A stretch of 62,032 nt of DNA, counting the filler. It is 3 parts of 3 records of this genome, joined end to end, with 100 filler letters (N's around TTAATTAATTAA, not from the genome) between each part and the next. Parts side by side here need not be neighbours in the genome. Positions count along the whole stretch, not along the records: positions 54,557 to 62,032 come from DRR378314_2189; 2 more parts are not named here. The stretch is one strand, 5' to 3'. Of the stretch, positions 56,140 through 62,032 are shown one piece after another (the stretch's first letter is position 1; the number at the start of each line of letters is the position of its first letter). Both the position numbers and the translations under genes were made by a program. Below the pieces are notes generated by a model, which was given only the letters and a program-made list of their open reading frames with translations, searched no databases and was not told the DNA's origin.

Positions 56140-57984
56140 ATGCTATCTGAGCTGGTCCAAACCTGGCCGATGTGGGCGAGCCTCGCCGTCGTGTGTGCGG
56201 CCATCACCTTCTACATGCTCGACCGCTGGTCGATGGAATTTGTCTCCGTTTGCGTGATCGCGGCCCTCCTGCTCGTCTTTGCCATTCCGGGGGCGAGCGA
56301 TGTGGACGGCAACGCGATCAGCGCCTCTGATCTGTTGTCGGGCTTCGGAAACCCGGCCCTCATCACAATCATGGCGCTGCTTGTCGTTGGCCAGGGCCTG
56401 TTTCAGACCGGCGCGCTGGAAGGCCCCACCAAAGCCCTGCTTGCGGGATATGACAAGCGACCCGTCACGACGCTGATACTGGCCTTTCTCGCCGTATTCG
56501 TGACCAGCGCCTTTGTGAACAATACCCCCATTGTCATCATGTTCCTGCCCGTGATGACCGCCATCGCCATGCGCATGAACGCGCCGCAATCGCGCCTGAT
56601 GATGCCGCTCAGCTTCGCATCGATCTTTGCGGGCATGACGACCCTGATCGGCACCTCGACCAATTTGCTGGCTGCAGAATCCTATGACCGGATCACAGGC
56701 GAACAACTCGGCTTCTTTGACCAGACCCCAATGGGGCTGATCCTCGCCGCGGCGGGCCTACTCTATATTCTGATCTTCTCCAAATTCATGCTGCCCAACC
56801 GCCGGGGCCTGTCTGACGACATTGTCCAGCCCTCCGGCAAGCAATTCGTGGCGCAGATCGAAGTCACACAAGGACATTTCCTGCTCGGCAAGAAACCCAT
56901 TGCGGGCATGTTCACAGACTTGCCGGACATGACTGTGCGCATGATCCAGCGCGGCGAGCGCGCCTTCCTGCCGCCTTATGAAGATATCAGCCTGCAAGTG
57001 GGCGATCTGGTGATTATCGCCGCCACCCGCGCGGCGCTTCAGAATGTGCTCGCTCGCCAACCGGACTTCCTGCAGCAGGTTTGGCAGGCCTCCGGAGCGG
57101 ACCTTGAAGAATCGCCCCGCCCCGGAACGCTGGCCCTGACTGAAGCGGTGATCGCACCCGGCTCCCGCATGGTTGGCCGAACGGTTGAGATGCTCGGCTT
57201 CCGCCGCCTGACGCGGGCCGTGACACTCGGCATCCAGCGCCGCAGCCGCATGATCCGCACCAAGCTGGGCGAGATCCGCCTCGAATCCGGCGACACGCTG
57301 CTCCTGTGTGGACCGGTTGATGCGTTCCGGGAATTGCGCTCCAGCCGCGACCTCATCCTGCTTGAATGGTCCCAGACCGAAATCCCGCTAACGACCAAGG
57401 CCCTCGCCGCGCGGGTCATATCCATCGCCATGGTCATTGCGGCCGCTACGAGCCTTCTCTCCATCCTGCATGCGTCGGTTCTCGCGGGTGTCGGAATGCT
57501 GATCGCGGGCTGCCTGAACACGCGTCAGGCCAGCCGGGCGCTGGATCTGCGTATCTTCCTTGTGATCGGCGCAGCGCTTGCGATGGGTATGGCGCTGGAG
57601 AAAACGGGCGCAGCGGGCGAAATTGCCCATGCCGTGGTCAATATCGCTTCGCCATATGGCACGCTGGCGGTCCTCTCTGCGATCTTCCTGGCCGTTGCCT
57701 TGTTGACCAATCTGCTCAGCAATGCCGCGACGGCCATCCTGTTCTCGCCCATCGCCCTGTCTGCGGCGGCGGAGCTGAAGGTGGAAGATCCGCTGCCCTT
57801 CCTCTTGGCGGTGATCTATGGCGCAAATTGCTGTTTCGCGACGCCGATTGCTTACCAGACCAACATGCTGGTCATGGGCCCGGGACACTACAAATTCGGG
57901 GATTTCATGAAGTTCGGCGGCCCGCTCGTTATCCTGCTTTGGGCCGTGTTTACGATATTCGCCCCTTGGCGGTTCGATTTGTGA
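56140..57984 (+). CDS. SLC13/TrkA-C domain permease
   Basis: SAFVNNTP, TLIGTSTNL, TPIAYQTN. Confidence 0.92.
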   Translation: MLSELVQTWPMWASLAVVCAAITFYMLDRWSMEFVSVCVIAALLLVFAIPGASDVDGNAISASDLLSGFGNPALITIMALLVVGQGLFQTGALEGPTKALLAGYDKRPVTTLILAFLAVFVTSAFVNNTPIVIMFLPVMTAIAMRMNAPQSRLMMPLSFASIFAGMTTLIGTSTNLLAAESYDRITGEQLGFFDQTPMGLILAAAGLLYILIFSKFMLPNRRGLSDDIVQPSGKQFVAQIEVTQGHFLLGKKPIAGMFTDLPDMTVRMIQRGERAFLPPYEDISLQVGDLVIIAATRAALQNVLARQPDFLQQVWQASGADLEESPRPGTLALTEAVIAPGSRMVGRTVEMLGFRRLTRAVTLGIQRRSRMIRTKLGEIRLESGDTLLLCGPVDAFRELRSSRDLILLEWSQTEIPLTTKALAARVISIAMVIAAATSLLSILHASVLAGVGMLIAGCLNTRQASRALDLRIFLVIGAALAMGMALEKTGAAGEIAHAVVNIASPYGTLAVLSAIFLAVALLTNLLSNAATAILFSPIALSAAAELKVEDPLPFLLAVIYGANCCFATPIAYQTNMLVMGPGHYKFGDFMKFGGPLVILLWAVFTIFAPWRFDL

Positions 57985-58000
57985 GTGTATCGTCTGCGGC

Positions 58001-58759
58001 ATGAAGTTCACCGACTCCCAGATCCTGCCGCCTGGTCTTGAGCGTTCGCTGCGTTTCTATGTGACGAATCTCAGCCCGTGCCCGTACCTGCCGGGCAAGC
58101 AGGAACGCAAGGCGTTTACCAATCTGGCCATCGGGGAAGCGGATCTGGTGCACAATTCGCTGAGCCAGGCAGGCTTCCGGCGCAGCCAGAGCATCGCCTA
58201 TCGCCCGGCCTGCCCACGCTGCAATGCCTGCCGCAGTGTGCGCGTCGCCACGCGGGATTTTGAACTATCACGAAATGATCGCCGCGCCCTGAACCGGAAT
58301 GACTCGATCATCCGCCGCCCGGTTAAGGCCCAGCCGAGCCGCGAGCAATATCGCCTGCTGAAATCCTATCTGCGCTCCCGCCATAACGGCGCCGGCATGT
58401 CGGACATGTCCTATCGCGACTATAGCGCGATGGTTGGCGGCAGCCCGGTCCAGAGCCTGATCTTCGAGTATCGCGACGGACCGGACGAGGATTCGCCGCT
58501 GGTCGCTGCCTCGATCACGGACATTCTCCGCGACGGCTTCTCGATGGTCTATACCTTCTTCGATCCCCACCTCAGCGCCCGGGGTCTCGGGCACTACCTC
58601 ATCCTTGATCACATTCTTCATGCCCAGGACCTCGGCCTGCCGCATGTCTATTTGGGGTATTGGGTCAAAGGTAGTCAGAAAATGGACTACAAACGTCGCT
58701 ACAAACCGCTAGAAGTGCTCGATGGCGACGTCTGGCGACCACTGGGCGACGACGAGTGA
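58001..58759 (+). CDS. ate: Bacterial arginyl/leucyl-tRNA-protein transferase (Ate/Bpt)
   Basis: PCPYLPG, GFRRSQSIAYRPACPRCNAC, YLGYWV..SQKMDYK. Confidence 0.92.
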   Translation: MKFTDSQILPPGLERSLRFYVTNLSPCPYLPGKQERKAFTNLAIGEADLVHNSLSQAGFRRSQSIAYRPACPRCNACRSVRVATRDFELSRNDRRALNRNDSIIRRPVKAQPSREQYRLLKSYLRSRHNGAGMSDMSYRDYSAMVGGSPVQSLIFEYRDGPDEDSPLVAASITDILRDGFSMVYTFFDPHLSARGLGHYLILDHILHAQDLGLPHVYLGYWVKGSQKMDYKRRYKPLEVLDGDVWRPLGDDE

Positions 58760-58815
58760 CACAATATCGCCTTTGATCCGGAGGGGAGATCGGGAAAAGG
58801 CAGGGGGAGGACTGG

Positions 58816-59925
58816 ATGATCCATAGACGCAACCTGCTGGGTGCAGGTGCCCTCGGCCTTGCCGGGGCGGCCGCTGCTTTCGCCAATCCGGAAAAGGCTG
58901 CAGACCTTGCTGCCCCGGCCATTGCGCGCAATCGTCGCCGCTTCAACATGGTCACCACCTGGCCCAAAGGCCTGCCCGGTCTTGGCGAAGCCGCCGAGCG
59001 CGTGGCCGAGCGTATCCAGCAAATGTCAGATGGGCTGATGGAGGTGAAAGTCTTCGCGGCCGGCGAATTGGTGCCACCTTTCGAATCCTTCGACGCCGTG
59101 TCGAATGGCTCTGCGGACATGTATCATGGCGCGGAATACTACTGGACCGCCAAGTCCAGCGCCTATCCCTTCTTCACCGCCGTGCCCTTCGGCATGACGG
59201 CGCAAGAACTGATGGGGTGGATCGACTTTGGCGGCGGACAGGAACTCTGGGACGAACTCTCGGCACAATTCGGCGTCAAATCGATACAGGCAGCGAACAC
59301 CGGTCACCAGATGGGCGGCTGGTTCCGCAAGGAGATCAACAGTCTGGACGATCTTGTCGGCCTGAAAATGCGCATTCCCGGCCAGGGTGGCGATGTGCTG
59401 CGCGCCCTGGGCGGATCGTCCATCGCTTTGCCCGGCGGGGAAATCTATCAATCCCTCCAGACCGGCGCGATCGACGCCACCGAATGGGTCGGCCCGTGGA
59501 ATGACTACTATCTCGGCTTCTATCGGGAAGCGCCTTTCTACTATGGCCCCGGCTTCCATGAGCCCGGCGCCAGCCTCGCGGTCGGCATGAACCTCCGCGT
59601 CTGGGAAGATCTCACTCCCGGCGAGCAGGCCATCATCAAGGCGGCCTGCGAGAGCGTGAACCACACCTCCCTCGGCGAATTCACCTACCAGAATGCGGTG
59701 CACCTGGACCTGCTGACCCGTGAACACGGCGTACGGATGCGCAGTTTCCCGGATGAAGTTGTCAGCCGCATGGCTGAGGCGGCATGGGATGTGCGCGCGG
59801 ACTCCGGGCGCGACGGAATCGAGAAGCGCATCTATGAGAGCTTCGAGGCCAGCCTGAAGCTGATGCGCGGCTGGGCCGATGTGTCCGAAGGGCCGTACTA
59901 CGCCGCCCGCAATTCGAACAAATAG
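58816..59925 (+). CDS. dctP: TRAP transporter substrate-binding protein with Tat signal
   Basis: RRNLL signal; GNT-like ANTGHQMGGWF, LKMRIPG, IDATEWVGP. Confidence 0.92.
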   Translation: MIHRRNLLGAGALGLAGAAAAFANPEKAADLAAPAIARNRRRFNMVTTWPKGLPGLGEAAERVAERIQQMSDGLMEVKVFAAGELVPPFESFDAVSNGSADMYHGAEYYWTAKSSAYPFFTAVPFGMTAQELMGWIDFGGGQELWDELSAQFGVKSIQAANTGHQMGGWFRKEINSLDDLVGLKMRIPGQGGDVLRALGGSSIALPGGEIYQSLQTGAIDATEWVGPWNDYYLGFYREAPFYYGPGFHEPGASLAVGMNLRVWEDLTPGEQAIIKAACESVNHTSLGEFTYQNAVHLDLLTREHGVRMRSFPDEVVSRMAEAAWDVRADSGRDGIEKRIYESFEASLKLMRGWADVSEGPYYAARNSNK

Positions 59926-59979
59926 GCTGGGGGCACGCAGAGCATGTCACCGGATATTTTCCTGTCAGTGGGAGGTGCC

Positions 59980-60609
59980 ATGAAATGGCTGGGCCTTGCC
60001 CTGTCGCCTTTGCTCGCACTGCCACTGCTCCTGCTGATCTGGCCTGAGCCGATTGAGCGCGCGGCCAAATGGTTGATTTCGCGCATAGACGCGATCTCTG
60101 GCTGGGCGCTGGGCGGCGCGATCGCCAGCGCCATCATACTGGTCGGCTCGCAATTGCTGGTCGTGCTGCTGCGCTACGCTTTCGGCCTTTCTTTCACCTG
60201 GCTGAACGAGATTGTCGTCTATGCCTTTGCGGCCATGTTCATGCTGGGCTCTGCCTCAGCCCTGAGAGACGACGCACATGTGCGCGTTGATATTCTTCGC
60301 CCACGTTTCGGCACGCGGGGGCGAAACTGGGTCGAGTTGGCTGGCATTTACCTCTTCCTTTTCCCGATCTGCATCCGGTTGCTGGCGATGACCGAGCAGG
60401 GCCTCGCCCGCAGCTGGGCGCTGTTCGAAGGTTCACGCGAGTCCGATGGCCTGCCCCTGCTCTTCCTGTTCAAGACGCTGCTTCCAGCCTTCGCCATGCT
60501 GATGGTCACGCAGGGATTGTCCGAAGCTTTGAAAGCCGCCCTGCGCCTGACTGGCAAGCTCGAGGATGCCCCCGACGAAGCCCCGCATGGAGGCATCCAT
60601 GGAGCTTGA
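59980..60609 (+). CDS. dctQ: TRAP transporter small permease
   Basis: VVLLRYAF, DAHVRVDIL. Confidence 0.9.
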   Translation: MKWLGLALSPLLALPLLLLIWPEPIERAAKWLISRIDAISGWALGGAIASAIILVGSQLLVVLLRYAFGLSFTWLNEIVVYAFAAMFMLGSASALRDDAHVRVDILRPRFGTRGRNWVELAGIYLFLFPICIRLLAMTEQGLARSWALFEGSRESDGLPLLFLFKTLLPAFAMLMVTQGLSEALKAALRLTGKLEDAPDEAPHGGIHGA

Positions 60610-62032
60610 AGTCATCCTTGCCATCTCGATGTTCGTCTGCGCTGTACTGGCGCTGCTCGCGGGCTATCAGGTTGCGCTCACGCTCGGTGGTGTCGCATTG
60701 CTTTTCGCCCTCGTCGGCATCGGCATCGGCGTGTTCGACGAAGCCTTTCTCCGTAACCTGCCCAGTCGCATCCTCGGTGGCTCGATCATGCAGAACCAGA
60801 CGCTGATCGCCGTTCCGCTCTTCGTGCTCATGGGCGTGATCCTTGAACGGTCCCGCGTGGCGGAAGACTTGCTGCACATTGCCAGCAGGCTGCTCGGCAA
60901 GGTGCGCGGCGGGCTTGGCTATGCCGTCGTTCTGGTCGGCGCACTGCTGGCCGCCTCAACAGGCATCGTGGGCGCGACGGTCATCACCATGACACTGATC
61001 GCCCTGCCGACCATGATCCGGCAGGGCTATGATCCGCGCCTTGCAACCGGCACGATCGCCGCCTCTGGCACGCTTGGCCAGATCATCCCGCCCTCCATCG
61101 TACTGATCCTGCTCGCCGACGCCATCTCGAACGCCGCCAGCCAGGCAAGCCAGGCAACAGGGGCCGCAGGCTCCTTCGTCGTATCCGTGGGTGATTTGTT
61201 TGCCGGCGCGCTGATCCCCGGCCTTCTGCTGGTCGGCCTCTATCTCGGCTGGATTGCTCTGACGGCCATCCGCAAGCCGCATCGTTGCCCACCGGTTCAG
61301 GACGATGACAGCCCGCCCCTGACGGCCAGGGAGGTCGCGTTCGGCCTCGGCGCGCCCTTGCTGCTTATCATCGCTGTGCTGGGGGCAATCCTTGGCGGCG
61401 TCGCCCCACCGACAGAAGCAGCCGCCATCGGCGTTGCCGGCGCCATCCTGCTTGCTGGCCTGCGCCTTGCCGATGATAAGCATGAACAGCGCGTGTCATG
61501 GCTGCTGATAGCGGGCCTCGCCAACGTGGTGACCATCATCGTGTTGCGCAACATGTTCGACCTGCGCACCGGCGTCGCGGAGATTGGTCTCGCAAACGAA
61601 TTCGGCATCGTGCTTACGATCCTGGCGTCTATCGTGTTCTTCGCCGGTGTCGCCGCGGGTCTCATCGTGTTGCGACGGGTTCGCCAATTGTTGCCGGCAC
61701 TCAAAAGCGCGACGCAGATCACCAGCATGGTGTTCCTGATCCTGATCGGGGCCTCGCTGTTCAGCCTCGTCTTCCGCGGTTATGGCGGCGACGACATCGT
61801 GGCCGATGTGCTGCACGCCATGCCCGGCGGCAAATGGGGTGCACTGGTCATGACCATGCTGGTCATGTTCGTGCTCGGCTTCTTCCTGGACTTCATCGAG
61901 ATCGTTTTCGTGGTCGTGCCGTTGGTCGCTCCGCCGCTGATCATTCTCGGCTTTGACCCGGTCTGGCTGGCCATCCTGATGGCGCTCAATCTTCAGACCA
62001 GTTTCCTGACGCCGCCCTTCGGCTTTGCCTTG
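60599..62032 (+). CDS. dctM: TRAP transporter large permease, runs off the window end
   Basis: ATG at 60599; AVPLFVLMG, ASGTLGQIIPPS, NLQTSFLTPPFG. Confidence 0.92.
   Translation, partial: MELEVILAISMFVCAVLALLAGYQVALTLGGVALLFALVGIGIGVFDEAFLRNLPSRILGGSIMQNQTLIAVPLFVLMGVILERSRVAEDLLHIASRLLGKVRGGLGYAVVLVGALLAASTGIVGATVITMTLIALPTMIRQGYDPRLATGTIAASGTLGQIIPPSIVLILLADAISNAASQASQATGAAGSFVVSVGDLFAGALIPGLLLVGLYLGWIALTAIRKPHRCPPVQDDDSPPLTAREVAFGLGAPLLLIIAVLGAILGGVAPPTEAAAIGVAGAILLAGLRLADDKHEQRVSWLLIAGLANVVTIIVLRNMFDLRTGVAEIGLANEFGIVLTILASIVFFAGVAAGLIVLRRVRQLLPALKSATQITSMVFLILIGASLFSLVFRGYGGDDIVADVLHAMPGGKWGALVMTMLVMFVLGFFLDFIEIVFVVVPLVAPPLIILGFDPVWLAILMALNLQTSFLTPPFGFAL

Overview
The window joins three unrelated contigs with artificial 100-bp spacers (44 N + TTAATTAATTAA + 44 N at 31352-31451 and 54457-54556). 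(1) 1-31351 is an intron-containing eukaryote, probably a protist. It carries a partial MFS transporter, a divergent coat-like gene with an alpha-COP/TSET-TTRAY-type C-terminus, an 8-exon Arc1p/AIMP1-like tRNA-synthetase cofactor, and a head-to-head ~4539-aa VPS13 with a 13.4-kb final exon. (2) 31452-54456 is a gammaproteobacterial accessory island (Halomonadaceae-like by inference). It is built largely from integron-type cassettes with one intact and many decayed attC sites and no integrase in view. It also holds IS-like ends fused to cassette core sites, an orphan carF-carG-like pair, a MATE + Glyoxalase_8-domain operon behind a strongly structured ~140-nt leader, a decaying MerR-controlled metal module and an RTG-type class A beta-lactamase. 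(3) 54557-62032 is an alphaproteobacterial (Hyphomonas-like) core region: beta-hydroxyacid dehydrogenase, motB, SLC13 permease, ate/bpt and a TRAP transporter. The best candidates for new biology are the structured leader/Glyoxalase_8 unit and the IS ends sitting at cassette recombination cores. Family assignments come from remembered motifs; no database searches were run.
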